A stretch of 58,536 bases of DNA, counting the filler, from an uncultured bacterium (GTDB taxonomy: Bacteria; Auribacterota; CAZIXI01): assembly GCA_964543115.1 (NCBI GenBank). It is 2 parts of 2 records of this genome, joined end to end, with 100 filler letters (N's around TTAATTAATTAA, not from the genome) between each part and the next. Parts side by side here need not be neighbours in the genome. Positions count along the whole stretch, not along the records: positions 1 to 29,690 come from CAZIXI010000007.1; 1 more part is not named here. The stretch is one strand, 5' to 3'. The notes under the pieces were generated by a model, which made no database searches, was not told the origin of the DNA, and saw only the letters and a program-made list of their open reading frames with translations. Shown here piece by piece: positions 9,906 to 19,800 of this stretch (position 1 is the stretch's first letter; each line of letters starts with the position of its first letter). A program made the position numbers and the translations under genes.

Positions 9906-10052
9906 TTACATCGTGCGGGCGCCGGTGATGTCATCCAAATCTTCTCCTACTTCTTGGAAACTTTTCTTGTAATACTCGCCCTGAAAAGTCTGCGGGCATG
10001 AACAACCGCTGACTAACAGCACACAAACACACATTAACAAAAACCATTTCAT
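9906..10052 (-). CDS. Small predicted lipoprotein (48 aa), absent from the ORF track
   Basis: MKWFLLMCVCVLLVSG|CSCPQTFQGEYYKKSFQEVGEDLDDITGARTM*. Lipobox LVSG-C; AGGAG RBS within the mutL 3' end; ATG 3 nt after the mutL stop. Confidence 0.7.
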   Translation of the reverse strand: MKWFLLMCVCVLLVSGCSCPQTFQGEYYKKSFQEVGEDLDDITGARTM

Positions 10053-10055
10053 AAG

Positions 10056-11786
10056 CTAACTCCTCCGAAATTGTTTATCCAACTTGCTCTTTTTCATTTC
10101 AATAACCGCCGGCCGGCCATGCGGACAGGTATAGGGCTGGGGCAGCCTGCGCCACTCATTTACCAGCCGTTTCATTCCCAACCGGTCCAGTTTATCCCCC
10201 TGCTTAACCGCCGCCCGGCAGGCCATTATTTTCAACAGGCGTTCCGCTACTTCCTTCTGGGCAGCGGCCTTGCCAACTTCCGCTATTTCACTTAACATAT
10301 CTTTGATCAAACGAGCGATATCAACTTTATCTAAATACGCGGGAATCATATCTATCTTTATTGACCTTTTGCCAAACTCTTCCGCATTGAATCCCAGCTC
10401 CGCCAGAAAAGGCAATTGGCCGCGCAGTATCTGTTCCTGGGCCGCGCTTACTTCTATCATAACAGGCATTAACAACCGCTGACTTACCGGATGCCGGCTA
10501 TTGAGATCTTTCTTTATTTTTTCGTATAATATCCGTTCATGTATGGCATGCTGGTCAATTATATCAAATCCGTCTTCTTTCTCACAGATAATATAGGCAT
10601 TATTCATTTGAGCGAGTTGGAACCCGGCGCTAACCGCCTCTTGCGGCAGCCATGCCTGTTCCCGTGCTGATTCAGTCTTCCATAAATTTGCCGGCTGATA
10701 ACTTTCTTTTTCTTTCTCTTCGGGAAAATAAGCCGGGGCAGCGGATGCCGGCCCATTAATTTTCTGGCGGGGGAAATGCGACGGGGGTTCAATTACCGGC
10801 CGGGAAACTCCCAGGGCCCCCATGATACCTTCGCGGACAATTTCCTTTAATATACGGGCATTAGAAAATCTTACCTCCCGTTTACCCGGATGCACATTAA
10901 CGTCTACTTCCTGCGACGGCATCTGCAGGAACAGGAAGATAAGCGGAAATCGCCCCCTGGGCACAAGATGTTCGTACCCGCTGGAAATCGCGTAATTTAT
11001 CCCGCGGTCACTGACGGGCCGGTTATTAACAAAAAACAACTGGGTTGCGCGGTTGGATTTCGTAAATGTGGGTTTACTGACGTAGCCGGTTAATTTGATC
11101 CGGCCCCGGGACAAATCTAGGGGCACTAGATTATCAGCGGTTTCCTTGTCGTAAAGCACGCGTATTCTATCCAGTAATGTATCTTTGCTGAATACTTCGA
11201 TGATGTCTTTGTTGTCAGAAACCAGCTTAAATGAGCATTCCGGCCTGATTAACACATAATTGCTGAAAACATTTATTATGTTAGTCATTTCGGTTGTGTT
11301 GGTGCGCAGAAACTTTCTGCGGGCCGGGGTATTAAAAAAGATATTCCGGGCCTCCACCATCGTTCCGCCGGGCGCTCCCGCTTCTTTAACCTCCAGCAGC
11401 TTTCCGCCTTCGTTATAGAGCCGGGTAGCCGCCGGGCTGCCGGAACCCTTAGTGATTAACAGGAAACGGGAAATGGCGGCAATGCTGGGCAATGCCTCGC
11501 CGCGAAAGCCCAGGGTATTAATGCTCTCGAGATCAGCCGCCTTGTTGATCTTACTGGTAGCATGCCTCTCCAGGGCCAGTAAGGCATCGTCTTTGGCCAT
11601 TCCCTGGCCATTATCAGTAATCCGGATTAATGTTTTACCGCCGCCTTTTACCTCAACAACTATCTGCGTTGCCCCGGCATCCAGGGAGTTTTCCATTAGT
11701 TCTTTGACGATGGAAGCCGGGCGTTCGACCACTTCTCCGGCGGCGATTTTATTAATGGTATCTTCGGATAATATCTTAACTTGCAT
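10056..11786 (-). CDS. mutL: DNA mismatch repair endonuclease MutL
   Basis: [35 protein letters not shown], DQHAxxExxxxE endonuclease motif, ACR and CPHGRP. Confidence 0.97.
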   Translation of the reverse strand: MQVKILSEDTINKIAAGEVVERPASIVKELMENSLDAGATQIVVEVKGGGKTLIRITDNGQGMAKDDALLALERHATSKINKAADLESINTLGFRGEALPSIAAISRFLLITKGSGSPAATRLYNEGGKLLEVKEAGAPGGTMVEARNIFFNTPARRKFLRTNTTEMTNIINVFSNYVLIRPECSFKLVSDNKDIIEVFSKDTLLDRIRVLYDKETADNLVPLDLSRGRIKLTGYVSKPTFTKSNRATQLFFVNNRPVSDRGINYAISSGYEHLVPRGRFPLIFLFLQMPSQEVDVNVHPGKREVRFSNARILKEIVREGIMGALGVSRPVIEPPSHFPRQKINGPASAAPAYFPEEKEKESYQPANLWKTESAREQAWLPQEAVSAGFQLAQMNNAYIICEKEDGFDIIDQHAIHERILYEKIKKDLNSRHPVSQRLLMPVMIEVSAAQEQILRGQLPFLAELGFNAEEFGKRSIKIDMIPAYLDKVDIARLIKDMLSEIAEVGKAAAQKEVAERLLKIMACRAAVKQGDKLDRLGMKRLVNEWRRLPQPYTCPHGRPAVIEMKKSKLDKQFRRS

Positions 11787-14369
11787 TTAATCTTTCCTTT
11801 ATTTCCTTAAGTTTATTCAGCGCCTCAATCGGGGTTAGGTAATCCAGTTTCATATTTCGTAATTCTTCTACCAGCTGATGGCTCATGCCATTAAACAGAT
11901 ATAACTTATCGGCCAGCTTGGATTCGCCGGTTGTGGAAAGATTAGCCTCTTCCAGCTTGGTTAAAATTGACTTCGCCCGGTCCAGTACGCTGTAGGGCAG
12001 CCCGGCCAAGCGGGCAACATGAATACCGTAGCTCTTATCCGTTCCGCCGGGAACGATTTTATAAAGGAAAACAATTTCATCGTTCCATTCACGCACAGAT
12101 ATATTGTAATTCTTTATACCCGGGCAAAGCTGTGTTAATTCCGTTAGTTCGTGATAATGGGTGGCAAATAATGTTTTTGGGCCGGTTACCTCACCCTGCT
12201 GGCGTTTCTTGACCAGATACTCGGCTACCGCCCAGGCAATACTGATACCGTCAAACGTGCTGGTTCCCCGGCCGATTTCATCCAGAACGATGAGGCTCTT
12301 GGCGGTGGCGTTATTAAGGATATAGGCGGTTTCATTCATTTCAACCATAAATGTGCTTTGGCCCCGGGAAATCTCATCGCTGGCCCCTACCCTGGTAAAG
12401 ATACGGTCCACAATTCCGATTAGCGCTTCCCGGGCCGGGATCCCGCTGCCGATCTGAGCCATTAAAACAAGCAGGGCTACCTGGCGGATATAGGTTGATT
12501 TTCCCGNNNNNNNNNNAGCTGGTCCGCGGCGCTGTCCAATTGCGTGTCGTTGGGCACAAACCGCTGGCCTTCTTCCAGGCACTGTTCCAGCACCGGGTGC
12601 CGGCCTTCAATAATATTTATTTTAGAATCATCGTTTATTTCCGGAAAAATATAATTATTCCGAATCGCCGCTTCGGCCAATCCGGCTAAGGCATCCAGCG
12701 CAGCCACTGCCCGGGCAGTTCCCTGGATAACAGCGGTTTCGCCGGCAACCTGCTGGCGCACTTCCTGAAACAGATTATATTCAAATGTGCTGCTCTGCTC
12801 CTGGGCGTTAAGGATCTTGGTTTCATATTCTTTAAGATCAGGCGTGATATAGCGCTCGGCATTCACCAGGGTTTGTTTACGAATATAATCATCGGGAACG
12901 GCATTAAGATTGGTTTTGGAAACTTCAATGTAATAACCGAAAACCTTGTTGAACTTAACCTTTAGTGATTTTATCCCTGTTCTTGCCGATTCTTTTACCT
13001 GGAGATTGGTTAACCAGCCCTTCCCCTGAGATGATATCTGGCGCAATTCATCTAATTCCGCGTTATAACCGTCGTTAATAAATCCCCCATCACGCACATT
13101 CAGGGGAGATTGAGAAACCAGGGCCTTGTCCAAAAGCCTGACTAATTCCGGTAATTCTACCAGGTCCTTTTTCAGCTCTGCCATTAATCCTGCTTCAGCG
13201 GATTCCAGCAGCATTTTAATATCCGGTATCCGGGCCAGGGCCTGTTTAATGGCCACTAAATCCCGCGGACTGGCATAGCCGCTGTCGATCCGGCCGATCA
13301 GACGTTCGATATCCGGTATTTCTTTCAAGACAGAACGCAATTCATCCAGAACATGCCGTTGACGGCTTAACTCCTTTACGGCTGATTGCCGCTCTTGAAT
13401 ATCAACGGCCCTGATTAACGGCTGTTTAATCCAGTTTTGCAATAAACGGGCACCCATTGAAGTAACACTAAAATCCAGCACACCCAATAACGTTGCTTTT
13501 TTACTGCCGCTGCGCAGCGGCTCGGTTAGTTCCAGATTCCTGATTGTTGCGGCATCCAGCATCATATAGTCGGTTGCCGTATAGGGTATAATCCGCTGGA
13601 TATGCCCCAATGATTTATGCAGGTTTTCTTTAAGATAATAGATGATTGCCCCGGCGGCGGTTATCCCCGGCACCATTCCCTGACAGCCAAATCCGTCAAG
13701 AGATTGGGTGTGGAAATGCTCGCGCAATGATGTATAGGAAGAATCATAATCAAAAATCCAGTCTTCATAAAAATTTGTTAAGACTTTATCGCCGGCAGTT
13801 AATTTATTCAACAACGCCTTACTATCCTTAAAGCCGGCCGGCAGCACAAACTCTCGCGGGCTGATCCGGGAAAATTCGCTCACCAGGTCCTCTTCTTTAT
13901 TAAATTCCGCAACCCGGAACTCACCGGTAGATAGATCCAGGAAACATAAGCCGAAAACACCGCCGACGCGATTAACAGCGGCAAGAAAATTGTTGCTGCG
14001 TTCTTCCAGGTACTGGGCGTCCAATACCGTTCCCGGGGTAATCATCCTGGTCACTTCCCGGCGGACAATGCCCTTGGCCAGTTTAGGATCTTCTACCTGA
14101 TCACAAATCGCTACTTTGTGCCCCGCCCTGATCAGCTTTCCGATATAAGAATCCGCCGCGTGATAAGGGATGCCGCACATCGGGTAGTTTCTGCCTTCCT
14201 GTTTCGATCTGGTGGTTAGGGTTATATTAAGAACCCGGGAGGCAACCAGGGCGTCTTCGAAAAACATCTCGTAGAAATCCCCTAACCGGAACATGAGGAT
14301 CACTCCGGCCGGGATGGCCTTTTTTACTTTTTTATATTGTTGCATCATTGGTGTTAATTTTGTCTGCAT
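11776..14369 (-). CDS. mutS: DNA mismatch repair protein MutS (one gene interrupted by a 10-N gap)
   Basis: [17 protein letters not shown] and PMCGIP before the gap; [32 protein letters not shown] and SYGIHVA after it. The gap hides the IITGPNM part of Walker A. Confidence 0.95.
12507..12516. other. Assembly gap (10 N) within mutS
   Basis: N run; conserved residues expected at this position are missing. Confidence 0.97.
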
Positions 14370-14370
14370 A

Positions 14371-15702
14371 TTAACTGTGGCCATATAGTGTGTGGGTTGT
14401 CGCGTCTTTTATTGTTACCTTAATTAACTTCCCGATTGAACTATCCTGCCCTTCAAAAACTACTATTTTATTCGTTCTGGCACGGCCCATCAACCTATTT
14501 TTATTGGTCCTACTGGGGCCTTCTACCAATATCTCTAATTCTTTCCCCAGCAAAGATTTATTTTTAGCCAAGCCTATTTCATCCTGCAGGCGCAGTAAAA
14601 GTTGATTGCGCTCCTTTTTAATTGTTAGCGGCACATCATCTGTCAATTGAGCGGCCACCGTACCGCTGCGGGGAGAATATTTGAAAATAAAGGCGCTGGC
14701 AAATTGTACCTGCCTCATCAAATCGTACGTATCCTGGAAATCTTCTTCACTTTCTCCCGGAAAACCAACAATGATATCAGTGCTCAAAGCCACCCCAGGG
14801 ACCAATTCTCTCAATTTAGCAATTAAGCCGAAATAATGCTCCCTGGTATAGCCGCGATTCATTCTCGCTAAGACTTTGTTGGACCCACTCTGGATCGGTA
14901 AATGTAGATATTCACAAACCTTATCCAGTCTAGCGAGACAACGAAACATCTCACAACTGGCATCCTTAGGATGACTGGTAACAAATCTTATTCGTTGGAG
15001 TCCGGCGATTCCATCAACTGCCGCTAACAACTCTGGAAAACCATCTTTCTGGTAGCTGTTAACATTTTGCCCAAGTAGAGTCACTTCCCGGCAACCATTG
15101 GCAACTAGACTGGATATTTCTTTAACGACTTCTTGTGCCGGCCGGCTTCTTTCCGGTCCGCGTACCTGGGGAACGACACAGTAGCTGCAGGCATTGTTAC
15201 AGCCGCGCATAATCGGTACCCAGGCCTTAAGAGTACTGTTTAGAGAAGATGAACCATTACCTGAGAAATCATCTTCATATTGTTCAATATCTATAACTTG
15301 CTTCTCGCCGGCTACTGCCTGCTGAATCAACTGGCCAATGTTGTGGAATCTATAAGTGCCGCATACTACGTTTACATAAGGGGCCCGTTTAAATATATCC
15401 CGCCCATAACGTTGAGCCATGCAGCCGGAAACCGCAATAATTTTTCCGCCCTTTTTCCCGAGTTGGCCTAATTTTCCCCAGACCTTTTCTTCTGCCAGCT
15501 GGCGCACACTGCAGGTATTTAGCAGAATAAAATCAGCGCTGTCCTCACACTCAGCCATACTCCAACCGGCATGCCGCAAAACAGCCGTCATCCGCTCGGA
15601 ATCCGCCATATTCATCTGACAGCCGAAAGTGCGGATGTAGACTCTCGGCACGGATTTTTCATGCGTATTTGATGTTCCAGGCATTGTATTTTTAGGCGCC
15701 AT
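14371..15702 (-). CDS. miaB: tRNA-i6A37 methylthiotransferase MiaB
   Basis: TFGCQMNxxDSE, NTCSVR, GCMAQ, CxxxCxxC radical-SAM motif (GCNNACSYC) and C-terminal TRAM domain; AGGAG RBS. Confidence 0.95.
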   Translation of the reverse strand: MAPKNTMPGTSNTHEKSVPRVYIRTFGCQMNMADSERMTAVLRHAGWSMAECEDSADFILLNTCSVRQLAEEKVWGKLGQLGKKGGKIIAVSGCMAQRYGRDIFKRAPYVNVVCGTYRFHNIGQLIQQAVAGEKQVIDIEQYEDDFSGNGSSSLNSTLKAWVPIMRGCNNACSYCVVPQVRGPERSRPAQEVVKEISSLVANGCREVTLLGQNVNSYQKDGFPELLAAVDGIAGLQRIRFVTSHPKDASCEMFRCLARLDKVCEYLHLPIQSGSNKVLARMNRGYTREHYFGLIAKLRELVPGVALSTDIIVGFPGESEEDFQDTYDLMRQVQFASAFIFKYSPRSGTVAAQLTDDVPLTIKKERNQLLLRLQDEIGLAKNKSLLGKELEILVEGPSRTNKNRLMGRARTNKIVVFEGQDSSIGKLIKVTIKDATTHTLYGHS

Positions 15703-16041
15703 AGGTTATCTCCTAAATAACTTATAAACCCTTTTATTACATTGATAGCTTATCATACTGATTGTCAATATCAATGAAAAAATCTGGCGGCAATTCCTTT
15801 AAGTAGCGATGGAAAGTGTTTTCAGCTTATTTGTTTTCATTTTACGATTTAGCCCCTAATAATGCTATTTCAAAAAATAGAAATAATATACTATTAATGC
15901 CTGACATTTTAAATAATAGTCGTATTATAATGATGATAGCGGCCATGCGGGTAGACGTTTGAAGCAGTAATTTGAAAGCGTTGAAGAATAATTCGAAAAA
16001 TTGTCAAAACCGCGGTGAAGCTACACCTTCTTAATGGAAAA

Positions 16042-16461
16042 TTATTTTAACTTTTTAAAAATGACTTTTTTATTAGTTTGACGAAATTCGATGTCAAAAA
16101 TATCAAATATTGTTTCTCTTCCTAGTATCGGTGGGATATCATCAGTTAATGCCCAGGCTATCCTTGCCGTTATAATTTCTGGGCCTATTTTAAATCTTAT
16201 TGTTCTATGAACTACCGGTGTCTGACCACCAATACCATTAACATTTTCTACTTTCTCTCCCTCTTCAATGTGAAATCCTAAATTTTCACCTTCAGTCTTG
16301 GGGATAATACTAACATCAGCTCCTGAATCTATCACCATATTAGATACTACATGTGTATCTTCATTTATCAATTTTACTATGGCGTTAGGACGGTAAAACA
16401 CACCTAATATTTCGCCATTCTTATCAGTTTCGACATATCCCTTATAATCAAACTCAATCAT
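16042..16461 (-). CDS. Retropepsin-like aspartyl protease
   Basis: VIDSGADVSIIP catalytic D[S/T]G motif, GIGG flap and PILGRE C-terminal motif. Confidence 0.8.
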   Translation of the reverse strand: MIEFDYKGYVETDKNGEILGVFYRPNAIVKLINEDTHVVSNMVIDSGADVSIIPKTEGENLGFHIEEGEKVENVNGIGGQTPVVHRTIRFKIGPEIITARIAWALTDDIPPILGRETIFDIFDIEFRQTNKKVIFKKLK

Positions 16462-16649
16462 ACTATTAGAGTATTATGTTCTGGGACCTTATCGATAATG
16501 GGTTCGTCATCCAGCTTTCTCGCCTGGGCAATGACTTCTTTTAGTACCTTTCCATGAGATACTATCTTCCCTTTTACAAAAGCTATCCATTCACCTCTGT
16601 ATTTGGTCATATCAATAAGTTCAAATTTGTATTTTTCATTCGGCTTCAT
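16458..16649 (-). CDS. Small protein, DUF5678-like
   Basis: 63 aa with YRGEWIAFVKGKIVSHG; strong AGGAGG RBS; ATGA-type overlap with the protease. Confidence 0.75.
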   Translation of the reverse strand: MKPNEKYKFELIDMTKYRGEWIAFVKGKIVSHGKVLKEVIAQARKLDDEPIIDKVPEHNTLIV

Positions 16650-16854
16650 ATTGAATCGACCTCCTTTTAACCGTCATAATTAGTATAACATATACTTTTC
16701 CTTAAGACTATCTTTTATTTTATTCTCCTAGTATCAATAAGGGCAAGCACTTACCATGCTCCGGCCCCATTCTATAGACAACGAAGGACCCCTATCCTTT
16801 AAATATATCAATTTAATGTGACAGATTAAAAAACGAGAGTGTTGAAAAAGTTAA

Positions 16855-19800
16855 TTAATACTTCGCAGTAACGCGCACGAACCAGCCGCGGGCATCGTAG
16901 TCGTCACGATTGGTGAGGTCGTCATCAAAATCGGTGAAGTTGTAGCCGGCGCCGATCTGGAAATTATCGGCCACTGTGCGCTGGACTTCCAGCAGCCAGC
17001 CGGATTTGTTGTCGTTTAATTGGTCATTGGCCAGGGTCCTGTATTCAGTGGCAATATTCCATTTCTTGGCCACATAGACATTAATCCGGCCAAGATAAAG
17101 AAGTGTATTGCTGTTCAGCCAGTCATAAATACCTGTTTTTTCATCCTGTTTCCGGTAGGCGCATTTAGCCACAAATCCCAGATACTGGTTGATGTCAAAA
17201 TTGCCTTCCAGACTCATTACGTGTTTTCTGAGATTAGAGAGCAGGCCGGTTGTTGTTCTTTCCAGCGGCGGCCTGTCGGTAATATAGCTGTATTTAGTTA
17301 ACACATTCAACTGATCACATTCCACCGGCCGGTAAGCGGCACCGACTCCCAGCTCGCTAAACTTGGCCATTAAGTAATCAGCTTCTTTTTCCCTGCTTGT
17401 GGACAGATTGGCCCGGCCCAGCACACTCAGGCTTTGGGTCACGTACCACTCTGCCTTATTCTGTGTTACCCATTGCCGCAGGCGGCTGCTCGTTTTTTTA
17501 TCTTCCCGCAATTCCAATTTGCTGAATAATTTCAAGAAATCGAGTTTCAGATAACTTGCAGAAACACTGCCGCTGTCGCGGTTCACTAGATTATCTTTAT
17601 CGTTATAATGCGAGCGCTCGTAATTGGCCCCGACCTGCCAGTTGTTGGCCAACTCCTGCACAAAACCCAGCACCTTACCCCGGATCAATTTTTCCTGATA
17701 CGAAGAATAGTCTTCTTCCATATATATCCGCGCGCGATTGTTTATGGGAGCGGACTGCCCGCTAACGCTTTTTACGTAGCGGCCAAGATCCATGTGCCGT
17801 CCTAGTTCGATATTGCTGTATTGTGTTGTGCCGTTATTAAGCACTTTATTTAAACCAAACTGCGTGGCATTACCCAGATTGCCCACGGTTTCCGCCAGGC
17901 GAGCGTAAATGTCATCTCTTAATTTTACATCTGTTCCCAGGGTAACCTGATTATTGGCCCGGCCGGAAAGCGTGCCCTGCCCACGGATAAACGGCTGGAA
18001 CCTCTCATTTAATTTATAACCCAGACGGGCGGCAACAAAATCATTGTTTTGCAAGGGCAATGTGCCGGTATATGTATAAGCGGAGAGCGGCTTATCCACT
18101 TCTTGATGCTGTAATTCTACGCCGATATCTATCTTTTCATATGTATAATCAGCCATTGCCGTTGTAACATGCATATCCGTATTGCCGGTGGTCAGGGTGC
18201 GGAAACTACCGGCATTTGCTTTCTGGGTATAGTGTTTAAGCCCAGCACTGATCCTTTCGGTTATTGCCATAACCGCGCTGGCATAGTAGCTCTCCACGCC
18301 GCTGCGATCCTGCGTGGCCGTGGCATTGAAATTACTACCGGTATTAGTATAGCCGGCATTAAGATTCAGTTTTTCGAATAATAGTGTCTGGGCCTGCAGG
18401 TCAACCTCACTGCCGCTGTGACCGTTGCTCCAGGTATCGCTGTTCATGGTAAAGTTAAAACCGCCGTCGAAACTCAGGCCGCTGGCCAGTTGGGTGTCTT
18501 CCGAACGCGAGTAACGCGCGGAAATTACGGTATGTTCATCAAACTGCAGGGTTGTTTTCGCGCCATATAATTTGTAAGGATCAGTGGCCTTCTCTTCTTT
18601 TACGTACATCCCTTCCACGGTTACGTAATCAGTAATATTCTGCGCCAGCCGGCCGCCATAACTGGTCTGATCAAGATTCTCTGAATGGTAAAGATAATCA
18701 GCCGCCAACACCAATTTTTGCCCGGCCAGAAGGTCATTACTTACCAGTCCGGAACTCTGCACTCCGGCAACGGAGCTTAACGGCTGGGTGAGCAGAATCC
18801 GGCCCTGCAAATAATCGATTTCATAATCCTGCTGTTCTTTTAAGGGAATAGTGGCCAACACCCGGCTGGATAATCTGTCCCGCACAACAACGTTTATCAT
18901 TTCACTGCCTTCAACAACGTCTTCGTGTTTCAGATAGTACAAACTGCCGCCCGTACCCACAAACTCATCATGGGCACTCTTCTGCCTCTCGCGGGCGTAG
19001 AAACCATCCACCTCTGTCCAGGGCCGGCCAAATTTCGTCTGACCCACACTCTGATAATCAACCATACCGCCATGATAGGCTTTCTGGTAAAGAGGCAGGT
19101 CAATTTTATTAGCGCCCCATTTTGCTTCACTCTCATCCCAGGCGGCCCGGGCATAAACCATATCCTGCGTATCGGTAGCGGTAAAATCAACTTCACTGCC
19201 GTCACCATAAGTAGGATAGTATTTGTCTTGATCCAGATTGGTCATCAATTTTTGCCAGGACAGGCGTTTACGGGCAGCGGTACGGATCCTTTCTGTGTCA
19301 AGCGACATCAACAGATCAAACTTGTTAAACAGGGTAGAAAGCAAGGTAAAGGCCAAACGCCCGTTAACCCGCCAGCCTTCTTTCAGCGCCCTGTCTTGAG
19401 AAGCATAATAATCCTCGTTTCCGCCAACTACGTTTTTCTGCAACGTTCCCTCCGCCAAGGCCACCAGGAAGGTATCCTTCAAGAGTTTCATCTTAACAAT
19501 TGCTGGTTTTTCTATCTCTCTCTTGGCCAGGGCCACTTCCGGCTGCTGCAGCTTGGGTAGTGGTTCTTCCTTAACTATTTCTACTTCTCTGACAACTTCT
19601 GTCTTGATATATTCCTTAATCCGTTTTCTGACGATCTTACCGTCAGGACCCACTTCTTCAACTTCCCTGACCACTTCCTCGTATTTCTCTTCCCGTTCGA
19701 TCCGGGTTGACGTTTCCGGTATACCCTGCCCTTCAGTGGGCATAAGCACAAAATTAATATTGTTTAACATGCCTTCGGTTGTGGTCAGCCAACGGGGATT

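Noticed and set aside
11776..14384. mutS pseudogene or programmed frameshift
   Set aside because: The break coincides with a 10-N gap that hides Walker A residues; both halves are intact.
15720..16040. ncRNA or small ORF in the AT-rich gap after miaB (TATAAT at 15926)
   Set aside because: No convincing fold, RBS or coding signal; the -35 spacing is poor.
18925..19560. Long antisense or alternative-frame ORFs (also 33988-34583, 36025-36432, 44137-44622, 54007-54552)
   Set aside because: They are shadows of well-supported genes on the other strand, with no motifs or RBS.
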